Positions 19,862-29,392 of a DNA stretch of 64,000 bases are shown here, in pieces. Position 1 is the stretch's first letter. Each line of letters begins with the position of its first letter. This DNA comes from Kiritimatiellia bacterium (GTDB taxonomy: Bacteria; Verrucomicrobiota; Kiritimatiellia; JAAZAB01): the NCBI GenBank assembly GCA_040767085.1, contig JAXGPF010000009.1, forward strand, positions 160,001-224,000. The letters are read 5' to 3'. A program made the translations under genes and the position numbers. The notes under the pieces are model-generated. The model was not told the DNA's origin. It searched no databases and was given only the letters and a program-made list of their open reading frames with translations.

Positions 19862-21265
19862 TTATTTCTTAAATATCTCCACCGACTTGATCCAGCCTTC
19901 CAACATGTTGGTTGTCCCCTGGCTGTCGGAGCCGATGAAAAAATAGCCTGGCAATTTGTATGGCAACGGCACGCCCACCGCCTGGCCCACCGGCCGGCCA
20001 TCCTGCAGCAGCGTGATCTCGCTGCCGCGCCAGGCAAAACCCAGCCGGTTCCATCCATCATGATTCAACTTGACCGGCGCGCTGACGCTGGCCACCACGC
20101 GATCGCGCGCCAGGTTCTGCCATTCAAGCGTGCCGGCATCCTTCAGAACCAGGCGCATGCCCTGGCGCTGCGCGCGCACGACTGGATTTTCCAAGTCGCT
20201 GCAGTCAAACAGCACGGCCGGCCAGGCATTGGTTGACGCCAGGCGCGCCACCAACTCCATGGTCCCGATAAACCGGCAGATGTTATCCGATGAAGAGTAA
20301 CCCAGCGTCGCTTCGGGCAATACGCCGCCGCGCCGCAATCGCAACGCCCTGGCCCCGTCAATCTCTTCGAACTCCAATTGCCGGTTACTGACGCCAGCCG
20401 GCGCGCCCCGGGCAAACACCGCCGTGGCGCTCCGGCTGTAATCGGCGTAAAACAGTGTTTTATCCTGTTCCAAGCCGGCCTGTTCGGCGGCGGTTAATTC
20501 CGGCGGGGGCGGTGTTGGAACATTTTTCAGCGCCTGCAATGGGGCGTCGGGCGGGGTAAAACTGCTGACATAAAGTTTGCCGTCCGAAATCCGGACATCA
20601 TCGAATGTGCCCCAGCCCGACAGGAAAAACCGGTCGTCAAACGGCTTTTTGACGGCCCAATGATCCGCGCAGGCGATCAAGCGCCCGTTAATGAACAGAC
20701 GCGCTTCATCCTCATCCCAGGCAACCGCGAAATGCGACCACACCCCCTTTTCCCAGAACAATTTTTCCAGCGGGATCGTGCCGACCTGCGCCTTGGTTTG
20801 ATAACTGTATGAATATATGAAACTCAGGTAATTGTATTGATTTTTGTTCAGCCGGTAGCCGTATGGCGGTTCCGCCGTGCTGAACAGGGTAAACGAGGAT
20901 GCCGCGGCCGATTTCATCCAGTCCGGATCGTCATCGCATTTGTAATCCGAATCGTGCTCCGGCCGGAACCAGAATTCGACCGTCCCGCGCTCATAACAGA
21001 AATTTGAAATCGAGTCGTAACCGAACATGAATTCGCGCACATTCCGGTCGAGAAACAAGCCGCGGCCGAACCGGCCATCCGCCACCTGCCGGACGCCGGC
21101 CCGCGGCGCCCGGACGCTGAAGAATGCCTTGGGATCGCCCGCGGCGTATGCGGCATCCAGTCCCCGCTCGAAATCCGCCAGAAACGTGGTCGGCGGCGCG
21201 CCCGGCGCCGGCCGGCAACAGCCTGCAAGCAACACCATCATCCATAATGCAATACGCATATTCAT
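19862..21265 (-). CDS. Lipoprotein with two LamG/concanavalin-like domains
   Basis: Lipobox LLAGC; GTVEFWFRP...WSHFAVAWD...LFING...FDDVRISD; second repeat GTMEL...WNRLGFAW...LLQDG. Confidence 0.75.
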   Translation of the reverse strand: MNMRIALWMMVLLAGCCRPAPGAPPTTFLADFERGLDAAYAAGDPKAFFSVRAPRAGVRQVADGRFGRGLFLDRNVREFMFGYDSISNFCYERGTVEFWFRPEHDSDYKCDDDPDWMKSAAASSFTLFSTAEPPYGYRLNKNQYNYLSFIYSYSYQTKAQVGTIPLEKLFWEKGVWSHFAVAWDEDEARLFINGRLIACADHWAVKKPFDDRFFLSGWGTFDDVRISDGKLYVSSFTPPDAPLQALKNVPTPPPPELTAAEQAGLEQDKTLFYADYSRSATAVFARGAPAGVSNRQLEFEEIDGARALRLRRGGVLPEATLGYSSSDNICRFIGTMELVARLASTNAWPAVLFDCSDLENPVVRAQRQGMRLVLKDAGTLEWQNLARDRVVASVSAPVKLNHDGWNRLGFAWRGSEITLLQDGRPVGQAVGVPLPYKLPGYFFIGSDSQGTTNMLEGWIKSVEIFKK

Positions 21266-23856
21266 TTCACCCCCAATTCCGCGTCAATATCAAGCCGGCG
21301 CCCGCGCCAATTGACGGCCCAGCGGCTGGCGGCCGCCGGAACAAGTGATTTTCCAGCCGGCCGGAAATCCGCCGGGGCCATCAACAGTAACGTGACAAAC
21401 ACATGCCGGCGCGCCGGCGCCGAGCGGATGGTCAGGCGTTCAAACTCCGAATCGGCGTCGGTGTAATTCCGCGCCAGCCGGCAGGCAGACTGCTCAAGCT
21501 TCAATCCCATCCCGGCAGGCACGCACAGGCGCATGCGCGCCGTCCGGCCCAAAAACTCGGCTTGCCCGGCGCCGGCCATGCGCAATTGGTTGCGATGGAT
21601 TTTGCCCGCGTAAGCGGTTGGCTCTATTATGGGGAACGCAAAATGGATTTCCGCGCCGCGCGGCCTGAACAATTCCACATCATCCACAATCAGCACAATA
21701 TCAGGTTTATAAAACACCACATGCCGGGCAAACCGGCGCAACCCGATTTCCGGCGCATAGCATTGCGCGGCTTCGCCGGCCGCATATGCCACCCGGGCGC
21801 CGGGCCGAACGGCAATGATTTTGCCGGTGCTCGACCATTTTTGGCACACGCCGAATACCGAGCCATCGCCAATTTGACCCTGCTCTTCAATCGTCAGGGT
21901 GTTGCCTAAATCAGACGCCTGGCGGTATGTGTTGCCGACCGGCGCGGCGATCGTTTGGCCGAACCCGAACACGCCGACGGAGTTGGCATGCGGCGGCATG
22001 GCATAGGCTACCCGGTGTTCCTCCGCATAGAGTTTTTCACCATGCGCGTGCGCGGCGTTCAGCATCACATGCACGGTGTCAGATTCCCACCAGCCTGTCC
22101 GGAACAAGACCAGGCCGGCGCCAGCCAGATGCCGATCCGGATTACGCCGGCTGAAATCCGGGCGCGCGGGTATGCGCCAGTCGTAAAACAGGAACCGCCA
22201 CAGGGCATTTGACCGCGAGCAATTGCGCAGGCGATCAGATTTCATTGCCATGCCGCTTTTGGCGCGCGCCTTCTGAAAATAGCGCTCGGCCAGCCATTGC
22301 GCGTCCTGGTTGCCGGCCAGGCTCGCGTAAGCTTCCCAGGCGATGAAATCCGGCTCGTAATCCGGCCGGTAATAAGTGGGGAACATCTGACAATCTGCCG
22401 TTTCCTTGCGTATCCGGCAATCGGCGAATATTTTAAAAAACGGCCAGCAGGCCAGGATGTTTTTCCCGACAGCATGGCGGAACGCCATGGCGTAGTTGAA
22501 AAAGGCGCTCAAACAATGCTCCTTGGGCAGCAAGCCCAACGCGCCGTCCGGCGTCATGCGCCGCGCCGCCAACTCGAAATGGCGCGCCGCCCAGTCGGCC
22601 GCTTCCTGCGCCTCCGGTATTTCGCCCAGGAACGCCAGCCCGGCCAAACCCAGTCCGTGATAGTTGTAGGCGCTGTGTTCCATGCCGCCGGCATTGCCCG
22701 GCCATTCCAGCGAATTGAACTTGATATAATTGAGCCACCAGTGCAGAACACGAGCCGCGCTGGCGCGGATCAGCATGCGTTCCGATTCGTCCAATGCCGC
22801 ATGGCACCAATCGTAAAACACCGCGGCATACTCCAAAAGATGGCCTGGCTCCGCGCCGTTGACTTCCATGCGACCTTCCTCCGGCCCCGGCAATTCGGAT
22901 GCGAGCATGGCCATGAAGGCTTGGCGGGCAATCGCGAAATACCGGCGGCGGCCGGTCAGCAGGAACATGAATGACATGGGCATGACATCCAGGCTGTCCG
23001 GCGCCTCACCTGCCGCAATTCTTTTCAGGCGCTCCCTGATCGAGTGGCGCTCAAACAACTCGAAGCGCGCGCGCGCCGCGCCGGCTCGCCGCGCGCGCAA
23101 TTCCGGCAAACCTTTTGTTGTGAAATACAGGCGCGGATGGCGCCCGGCCAATCCCTGCCTCATCCGCACTGGCCGGAATGGCGCCCGCTCATCCCGCCGT
23201 TGATGGACGCGCAGGAATTCCATACGGTAACCGCGGCCATTGACGAGTTTCAATTCGTGCGCACCAGACGGCAATTCCAGGGCGAATTCGCCCAGATAAT
23301 ATCCGCGTTTCACTTCCGCATGGCTTGGGAATTCCGTGATGGCCGAGCCCTGCCAGGCATGATCGAGATAAATCTCGATGATCGGGCATACCATCTGGCG
23401 CGACGGCAGATGGCGGGTTTTTGGCCCGGCATGCTCGAATCCCGGCACGCGCCAGAACCGGGCCGTCGGCCCAACCGGCACGCCGTTCACCTTCAAAAAC
23501 ATGACGGATGGATCGAACGTGCCGCCGCCCAGCTCGAAAACAAACCGATACCGGCCCGGCCGGGCGTTGATTCGAATTATCAGATTGCCGTCCGAATCAA
23601 GCCGGCCGCCCGGACGCATGCGAGCCTGATCGTAAATTTTCCAACCGTAATTTTCCAATGCGCCACCCCATCGGCATTTTTTGCGCCACACACTTGATAC
23701 GCTGGTAATGATACCATACGGCAGCCTAACCAACAGCATCAAAAAATCAGCGGAACGATTTTCCCGTTCAATATTCCGACTTGGGCCGCTGTCACGGATA
23801 TAGACAATATTATCCCCCCATTGCCATGGCTGTCGGCAAAAACGATCTTTCAGCAC
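21262..23856 (-). CDS. Heparinase II/III-like polysaccharide lyase (HPRL N-terminal module)
   Basis: HPRLYFT; alpha-barrel AVFYDWCH; GLVLFRTGW; NTLTI..QGQ; RHVVFYKPD..LIVDDV; GTG start uncertain. Confidence 0.7.
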   Translation of the reverse strand: MLKDRFCRQPWQWGDNIVYIRDSGPSRNIERENRSADFLMLLVRLPYGIITSVSSVWRKKCRWGGALENYGWKIYDQARMRPGGRLDSDGNLIIRINARPGRYRFVFELGGGTFDPSVMFLKVNGVPVGPTARFWRVPGFEHAGPKTRHLPSRQMVCPIIEIYLDHAWQGSAITEFPSHAEVKRGYYLGEFALELPSGAHELKLVNGRGYRMEFLRVHQRRDERAPFRPVRMRQGLAGRHPRLYFTTKGLPELRARRAGAARARFELFERHSIRERLKRIAAGEAPDSLDVMPMSFMFLLTGRRRYFAIARQAFMAMLASELPGPEEGRMEVNGAEPGHLLEYAAVFYDWCHAALDESERMLIRASAARVLHWWLNYIKFNSLEWPGNAGGMEHSAYNYHGLGLAGLAFLGEIPEAQEAADWAARHFELAARRMTPDGALGLLPKEHCLSAFFNYAMAFRHAVGKNILACWPFFKIFADCRIRKETADCQMFPTYYRPDYEPDFIAWEAYASLAGNQDAQWLAERYFQKARAKSGMAMKSDRLRNCSRSNALWRFLFYDWRIPARPDFSRRNPDRHLAGAGLVLFRTGWWESDTVHVMLNAAHAHGEKLYAEEHRVAYAMPPHANSVGVFGFGQTIAAPVGNTYRQASDLGNTLTIEEQGQIGDGSVFGVCQKWSSTGKIIAVRPGARVAYAAGEAAQCYAPEIGLRRFARHVVFYKPDIVLIVDDVELFRPRGAEIHFAFPIIEPTAYAGKIHRNQLRMAGAGQAEFLGRTARMRLCVPAGMGLKLEQSACRLARNYTDADSEFERLTIRSAPARRHVFVTLLLMAPADFRPAGKSLVPAAASRWAVNWRGRRLDIDAELGVK

Positions 23857-23946
23857 AGTCCGCGCGGCTCGGAAATAGAACGGGGAGAGTTCGAGGCGAT
23901 GAATGGAATCCGCCGGCTGATTGGCAATTATTGCCGGAAAATGGTT

Positions 23947-24627
23947 TTACCGGACGGAAAACACCGTCCCGTCGCGCAAGCCTTCAAACGCGCCCATGTC
24001 CACGATGCGCTGGCGGATGCGCGGGTTTCCGTCCAGGTCCAGTGCGCCGGCCATCCAAAGCTGGTTTAAGCCCGCATTGATGCATGGGGAACGCGATTGC
24101 AGCCGGTAATCGCCGGCTTCAAAATCCGCGAAGAGCGGATCATCCTCGATATTGCCCGTGCCGTAGTCGGCCACGGAGGGCGCCGTGCAGGTGTTGGTAA
24201 AGAAACCGGCCGTATACGTCCAGTTCGAACCGCCGATACCGGCGGTGTTCAAATACACGATGGAATTTTCAACCAGCCCTCCGCCCAAGTACACGCCCCC
24301 GCCATTGGTCACCACCGCATTGGAGACGATGGTGGAACTGCGCACCATGGCGGCGGTATTGGTCTGCGAGACACCTCCGCCGTAATTCCCCGCGCTGTTG
24401 CCGGCCAGCAGGCAGCTGATGACGGCGCTATTGTGGTAAATTCCACCGCCATTGCGCATGGCGTAATTGTCTATCACACGGCAATTGACGATTTGGCTGT
24501 TGGTTGCGGCATTGTAAATGCCGCCGCCATCGCCGTTCGAGTGCGTGCAGTTGGAAACGACCGTGCAATCCGCAATGACGGCATTGTTGAAAAAAATACC
24601 AGCCCCGAGGAAGGCTGTGTTGTTCAC
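23947..24627 (-). pseudogene. 5'-truncated copy (3' half) of the beta-helix gene 2576-4078
   Basis: Near-identical to 2576-~3250 at offset 21371; lacks the signal peptide and N-terminal half; abuts the hicA stop. Confidence 0.85.
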
Positions 24628-24630
24628 CGA

Positions 24631-24820
24631 TCAATCATCCCTTGCCGAGTCCAACCGCATCATGATTCTTTTGGCAAGAATTTCGTTGATCTCGCGATGG
24701 CGTGGCACAGGGTCCGAGTGTCCGGTAGTAGGATTGTGGTAGATGTCGTGACGGTTACCGTGCCAGAAGCAGAACACACCCAATTTTCTCTATTCGCTTT
24801 ACGAGGGCAAGTCGCTTCAT
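24631..24820 (-). pseudogene. hicA: HicA family toxin, frameshifted
   Basis: MKRLALVKRIEKIGCVLL / RHGNRHDIYHNPTTGHSDPVPRHREINEILAKRIMMRLDSARDD. One extra base near 24765 (CTGG for CGG) causes a stop at 24757-24755. ATGA overlap with hicB. Confidence 0.8.
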
Positions 24821-25008
24821 GCGTATTCCAACTCCGCAATCTTCCGTATCCCGGGAATTTCCTCGGAACCGAAGACTTCAAGGAGATCGCGCAGGTTCTC
24901 CTTCAAATCGTCAAGATTGTCGCCTTGCGTCCAATGGCCGGGGTAATCGTTCAGATAGCCAAGATAGCGTCCGTCCGATTCTTTCCAATATGTGAATGAA
25001 ACTTTCAT
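24817..25008 (-). CDS. hicB: HicB family antitoxin (short form)
   Basis: YWKESDGRYLGYLNDYPGHWTQGDNLDDLKENLRD; coupled to hicA. Confidence 0.85.
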   Translation of the reverse strand: MKVSFTYWKESDGRYLGYLNDYPGHWTQGDNLDDLKENLRDLLEVFGSEEIPGIRKIAELEYA

Positions 25009-25014
25009 AATTAT

Positions 25015-25418
25015 GGTTCTTCACTAATTTCCGTGTGATTTTTCATTGAGTCAAAACTGGGTACAGGTCGAGACCGCCAAGATGAAAGAATACATCACGC
25101 TTAAACCGATCACGGTTTCTGTAACCACAGGACTTCTGGATCAGCTGCTGAACACGGCTGTTGAGCCCTTCCGCAACCGCATTGCTCAGGTGATATCGGA
25201 AATACGTCACGATGTTATCCCAATGGCTTTTGAGCAGGCGGACGACTCTTTTAACCGGCTCCAGTCTAGTTGCCATGGCCTCGCGGCACCACTGCTTGAA
25301 GTAATCCACGGCCTCGTTCTCATCCTCGCACTGCCACAACGACCGGAGCAGCTCTTTGACCTTCCACGCCTTAGCCGTCTGCGTCAACGACGCCCTCAAA
25401 TCCTTAAAGCGGCTGGCA
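25015..25418 (-). mobile_element. Truncated ISL3-family insertion sequence (transposase C-terminus plus right terminal IR)
   Basis: TAKAWKVKE...SNAVAEGLNSRVQ...CGYRNRDRFK...HLGGLDLYP, stop at 25043. Terminus GGTTCTTCACTAATTTCCGTGTG from 25015. Left end missing. Confidence 0.85.
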
Positions 25419-25456
25419 CATTCCGGCGCGGCTCCCCCATGGCCCGGATGCAGGCG

Positions 25457-26491
25457 TCACAGCCGGACAACGCGGCCCCGGGCCTGCGACGCCCGGACGG
25501 CATCGAGAATGCGGGTCAGGTTCAACGCGCTTTCGGCCGCAACCGGATAAGTACATTCCCCGCGCAGCGCGCGGGCAATCTCGGGATAGATGACAAACGG
25601 ATCGCCATACCGGTTGTTCATGGTGATCCGATGCGATCCGTTCAATTCCTCGCGGGTGACTTTCACCGGCGGCCGGTTCCCGTAACTGGCGGGGTCCAGG
25701 TTGGCCGGATATTCGAATTGGTGGATTTCCACGGACTTATCCTTCACGAAAATCGTACCGCGATCGCCCTGGACCACCCAGTTCGGCAACTGGTCCACCC
25801 CAATGGAATATTCGCAGGCCAGGATGATCCCGGAGGCCGTGGTCAGGATGGCCATGAAATTGTCCTCCACATCGCCGGGATTGATCACCTGGCGCAATTG
25901 CCCATAAACGGTTTTCACGTCTTCCCCGGCCAGTTGGACCGCCTGATCCACGATGTGCGGCCCCCAGTTGAGCAGGTAGCCGCCGCCGCATTTTTTCTGT
26001 GTCTGCCAGTCAAACCGGATGCCGATGCTGAATTCGCGCCGGCGCACCAGGAACACCTTGCCGATGGCGCCGGATGCTACCAGTTCCTTCAACCGCACCA
26101 GGTCGCACCCCCAGCGCGCCGGCAGCCAGGGCAGCAGCATCCTGCCGCTCTGCCTGGCCGCCGCGATCATCCGCCGGGCCTCCGCGGCATTGACCGCCCA
26201 GGGCTTGGTTACAAGGACATGCACTCCGCCGCGCAGGCAATCGCAGGCCATCCGGCAATGCTGGTCGCTGCGGGTGACGATCACGACCAGGTCCAGGTCC
26301 GCGGACCGGAGCATTTTACGGTAGTCGTCATAGATGGCGCAGCCGAACCGGTCGCGCGCCTTTTTTTGCGCCGCCGGATCAATGTCGCAGACCGCGGTCA
26401 CCGCGAAGTCATCCTTCATTTCCGCAAGCGGATTGGCATGCAGCGTGCTCCCGCTGCGGCCATACCCCAGAATCGCCGTCTTGATTTTCAT
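25457..26491 (-). CDS. Gfo/Idh/MocA family oxidoreductase
   Basis: AILGYGRSG, VTKPW, GGGYLLNWGPHIVDQ. Confidence 0.9.
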   Translation of the reverse strand: MKIKTAILGYGRSGSTLHANPLAEMKDDFAVTAVCDIDPAAQKKARDRFGCAIYDDYRKMLRSADLDLVVIVTRSDQHCRMACDCLRGGVHVLVTKPWAVNAAEARRMIAAARQSGRMLLPWLPARWGCDLVRLKELVASGAIGKVFLVRRREFSIGIRFDWQTQKKCGGGYLLNWGPHIVDQAVQLAGEDVKTVYGQLRQVINPGDVEDNFMAILTTASGIILACEYSIGVDQLPNWVVQGDRGTIFVKDKSVEIHQFEYPANLDPASYGNRPPVKVTREELNGSHRITMNNRYGDPFVIYPEIARALRGECTYPVAAESALNLTRILDAVRASQARGRVVRL

Positions 26492-27679
26492 TTAATACCT
26501 TCCATATTCCCGCCAGGCTTCCCACATGGCCATGATGTTTTCCGGCGGCACATCCGCCTGGATGTTGTGCACCGTGTTGAACACGAACCCGCCGCCCGGC
26601 ATCAGCGCTTCCAGGTTGCGGCGGACATCGTCCCTGATCTCCGCCGGCGTGCCGCGCGGCAAAACCTGCTGGGTTTCCACCCCGCCCCCCCAGAAGGCGA
26701 TGGCCGACCCGAAATCGCGCTTCAACGCCGCCGGCGCCATCCCGGCGGCGCTGACATGGATCGGATTGAGGATATCCACGCCGATTTCAATCAAATCCGG
26801 GATGATCGGACGGACATTGCCGCAGGAATGGAAGAAAATCCAGCCGCGTTCGCCCACCGGCTTCCGGGCCTTGAATTTCCGGACAATCGCGGCGAAAATC
26901 CGGCGCAGACGCGGTTTCATCAAGCCGCGGAAGGTGTCGGGCGCAATCAACTGGCTGGCCTGCGTTCCGTAATCGTCGTTTTCCACCGCGATATCCACCA
27001 ATGCGCCGAGTTCCTCCAGCGCCATTTCCCAGAATTCCAGCTTCAGCTCGGTAATTTTATCCAGTAAAGCCCCGGCAACTTCCGGCGCCGCCAGCGTATC
27101 GCATAAAAAATTTTCCATACCGCGCAGCCGCTGCCCCATTTCAAACGGCCCGGCGCAAATTCCCTTGAGCATGACGATTTTGCCGGCGGCGCGGAATTTC
27201 ACGGCCTGCTCGCGCAAGCCGGCAATCCGTTCCGGCCAGGCCGCCCGGGGCCAGGGATATTCCTGGATTTGCCGCGCCCCGGCGTCAGCGCCATCCAGCG
27301 GCGAGCGCGCCAGGCTCCACCAGTACCCCCCCTTGGGGAAGCGCTGCACCAAGCCCCACTCGTCAACGTGCTCCAGGTAATCGCCCTTTTCAGCGGGATG
27401 GATGTTCCAGTTGTGGCTGCAGAGGGGAAACAGGCCGCGCGTGTCCACCAGCAGCCGGCCGCATAGCTGTTCGCCAGGAATCGCAATCTGCTGATACACG
27501 TCGGCCAACGGCGCCGGCGCGCCGGCCAGCCCCAGATGCCCGCACAGGTTGCGATAGGCCTCACGGTGAATGCCGGTGACATGCGTGCCGCCCAGATCGA
27601 ACGGTACATGGTCGGGTTCCCGATGTTCCAGCGCCGCGATAATTCTTGCGCGCGAATTCACGCCTTGCCTCCAATCCAT
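26492..27679 (-). CDS. Uroporphyrinogen decarboxylase / MtaA-CmuA superfamily protein
   Basis: SRARIIAALEHREPDHVPFDLGG, LRGMENFL, DDYGTQ, FFHSCG, FWGGGVETQ, GGFVFNTVHNIQ..VPPENI. Confidence 0.85.
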   Translation of the reverse strand: MDWRQGVNSRARIIAALEHREPDHVPFDLGGTHVTGIHREAYRNLCGHLGLAGAPAPLADVYQQIAIPGEQLCGRLLVDTRGLFPLCSHNWNIHPAEKGDYLEHVDEWGLVQRFPKGGYWWSLARSPLDGADAGARQIQEYPWPRAAWPERIAGLREQAVKFRAAGKIVMLKGICAGPFEMGQRLRGMENFLCDTLAAPEVAGALLDKITELKLEFWEMALEELGALVDIAVENDDYGTQASQLIAPDTFRGLMKPRLRRIFAAIVRKFKARKPVGERGWIFFHSCGNVRPIIPDLIEIGVDILNPIHVSAAGMAPAALKRDFGSAIAFWGGGVETQQVLPRGTPAEIRDDVRRNLEALMPGGGFVFNTVHNIQADVPPENIMAMWEAWREYGRY

Positions 27680-27916
27680 GCCTTACGATATAACTCCGGC
27701 CGGCAAGGCCCGCCCGGCCGGAGGCGCACCGCCTGCTTGGCCTTCGATTCCAAAATCAAAACCATATTCAATATTACGGCGGAAGTCCATGCGAAAACCA
27801 GGTTTTACAGAATGATATGTTTTGACTTGGCCGGATTTTTAAGCTATTAATTGTTGGTTTTTGCCAGTGATTTGAGGTATAATTTTTCACATTCATCATC
27901 ACATAGGGTGTCCGGT

Positions 27917-28558
27917 ATGCCGACGAAAATTAAATCAAAACAGACCATTCTGTTTGCAGGCGACAGCATCACCGATTGCGGGCGGCGCGTGGATGGCTTT
28001 CCTTTCGGCAATGGCTACGTCCGGATTTTCCGCGATTTGATGGCCATCCGCGAGCCGGAAAAGAAGGTGACGATCATCAACAAAGGCATCGGCGGCAATA
28101 CGGTGGTGGACCTTTCCGCGCGCTGGACGGACGACGTCTTGCGCATGCGCCCCGACTGGCTCTCCATCCTGATCGGCATCAATGACTTGCACCGCTACAT
28201 GCGCAACCTCGAAACAACCGTCCCGCCGGCACTCTACGAGCAGAAGTACCGGGAGATTCTGGAACGCACCCGCAAAATCCTGCCGGGATGTCAATTTATC
28301 CTGATCGAGCCGTTTTACATCAGCGCCGAAAACTCGCCCAACAGCCTCCGGCATAGCGTGCTGCAATTAATGCCGGAATACCTGGCCGTGGTGCATAAAT
28401 TGAGCCGGCAGTACAAAACCCGCCTGGTGCGGGCGCATCAGATGTTTCAGAAAATCATCCGGACGCAGCCGGCGGACATGTTATGCCCCGAGCCGGTCCA
28501 CCCCAACTCCACCGGCCACCTGGCGCTGGCCGAAGCGGTTTATGCCGGTTTTTGCTGA
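27917..28558 (+). CDS. SGNH/GDSL hydrolase (esterase)
   Basis: FAGDSITD, NKGIGGN, LIGIND, EPVHPN..GH. Confidence 0.9.
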   Translation: MPTKIKSKQTILFAGDSITDCGRRVDGFPFGNGYVRIFRDLMAIREPEKKVTIINKGIGGNTVVDLSARWTDDVLRMRPDWLSILIGINDLHRYMRNLETTVPPALYEQKYREILERTRKILPGCQFILIEPFYISAENSPNSLRHSVLQLMPEYLAVVHKLSRQYKTRLVRAHQMFQKIIRTQPADMLCPEPVHPNSTGHLALAEAVYAGFC

Positions 28559-28584
28559 ACCGCCGCCTTGCATCCGAGGACGCC

Positions 28585-29046
28585 ATGATTATAGATCAAT
28601 TGCAGAATGCCGCCTTTTATCAAGGACTGGGGCGCCGCATTGCCGCAGGCCTGTGTTTCCTGGCGGAGCATGATTGCCGGACGCTGTCCCCGGGCCGGCA
28701 TGCCATAGACGGCGACGCCGTCTATGCCCTGGCGCAGGAATACCAGACCAAGCCGCGGACCGCCGGCCTTTGGGAAGCGCACCGCCGATATCTTGATATT
28801 CAATATATCGCCAGCGGCTCCGAAATCATGGGCTACGCCCCCATCACGGCGCTGTCAGTGCAAGCGCCCTACACCGCGGAAAAGGATTGCGAACTCTTCG
28901 GCGGGCCCACGGCGGGGCTGGGCGAGTTTTTCCGCATGCCCGCCGGCTTTTTTGCGATTTTTGCGCCAGCCGACGGACACATGCCCGGCCTGGCGGACGG
29001 CGCGCCGGCCGCGGTGCGCAAGGTCGTTGTGAAGGTTAAAATCTGA
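28585..29046 (+). CDS. YhcH/YjgK/YiaL (NanQ-like) protein
   Basis: SD GAGGA; MIIDQL...WEAHRRYLDIQY...FAIFAP.DGHMPG...VRKVVVKV. Confidence 0.9.
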   Translation: MIIDQLQNAAFYQGLGRRIAAGLCFLAEHDCRTLSPGRHAIDGDAVYALAQEYQTKPRTAGLWEAHRRYLDIQYIASGSEIMGYAPITALSVQAPYTAEKDCELFGGPTAGLGEFFRMPAGFFAIFAPADGHMPGLADGAPAAVRKVVVKVKI

Positions 29047-29110
29047 GGCAAGTTGGCGGCAGTTCGCCACAATCAAACAGCCAGAAGACAAAATTCAGAG
29101 ACGGGGAATC

Positions 29111-29180
29111 AACCGCCAAAGAACGCAAAAAAGCACAAAGCAATACAGTTCCCTTTGTGATCCTTGCGCTCCTTTGCGGA
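29111..29180. repeat. Inverted pair of 9-nt tandem repeats (hairpin-forming)
   Basis: ccgccaaag aacgcaaaa aagcacaaag ... ctttgtgat ccttgcgct cctttgcgg. Confidence 0.6.
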
Positions 29181-29209
29181 AAATTAATTACAAGGAACAG
29201 GAGGAAATC

Positions 29210-29392
29210 ATGGACAACTGCAAAACCAAACACGACCATCACGGACATCTTTGCGTGCTGGCGAGCGCGAAACAATTCGCGGAAATCGAAAAGCTGGTCA
29301 ACCGGCCGCGCTTCATCTGCTTTAACTGCGGCCGCGTGGCACATGCGGCCAGGAACCTGTGCAATCCCATGCCCCTGAAGGAAAATTCTTAA
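29210..29392 (+). CDS. Small Cys/His-rich protein (putative metal-binding)
   Basis: SD AGGAGG; MDNCKTKHDHHGHLC...FICFNCGRVA...NLCNP; TAATG coupling to the next gene. Confidence 0.75.
   Translation: MDNCKTKHDHHGHLCVLASAKQFAEIEKLVNRPRFICFNCGRVAHAARNLCNPMPLKENS

Noticed and set aside
2576..24627. Diversity-generating retroelement (template/variable repeat pair)
   Set aside because: No reverse transcriptase here; the differences between repeats are not adenine-specific, are mostly synonymous, and the repeats are too long.
25046..27067. 673-aa plus-strand ORF and other long antisense ORFs (e.g. 33460-35154, 35442-37139, 40596-42356, 51957-53384)
   Set aside because: Shadow frames opposite recognisable genes, as expected from high-GC codon bias; no motifs.
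26492..27679. hemE assignment
   Set aside because: Lacks the RQAGR motif of true uroporphyrinogen decarboxylase and has no heme-pathway context.
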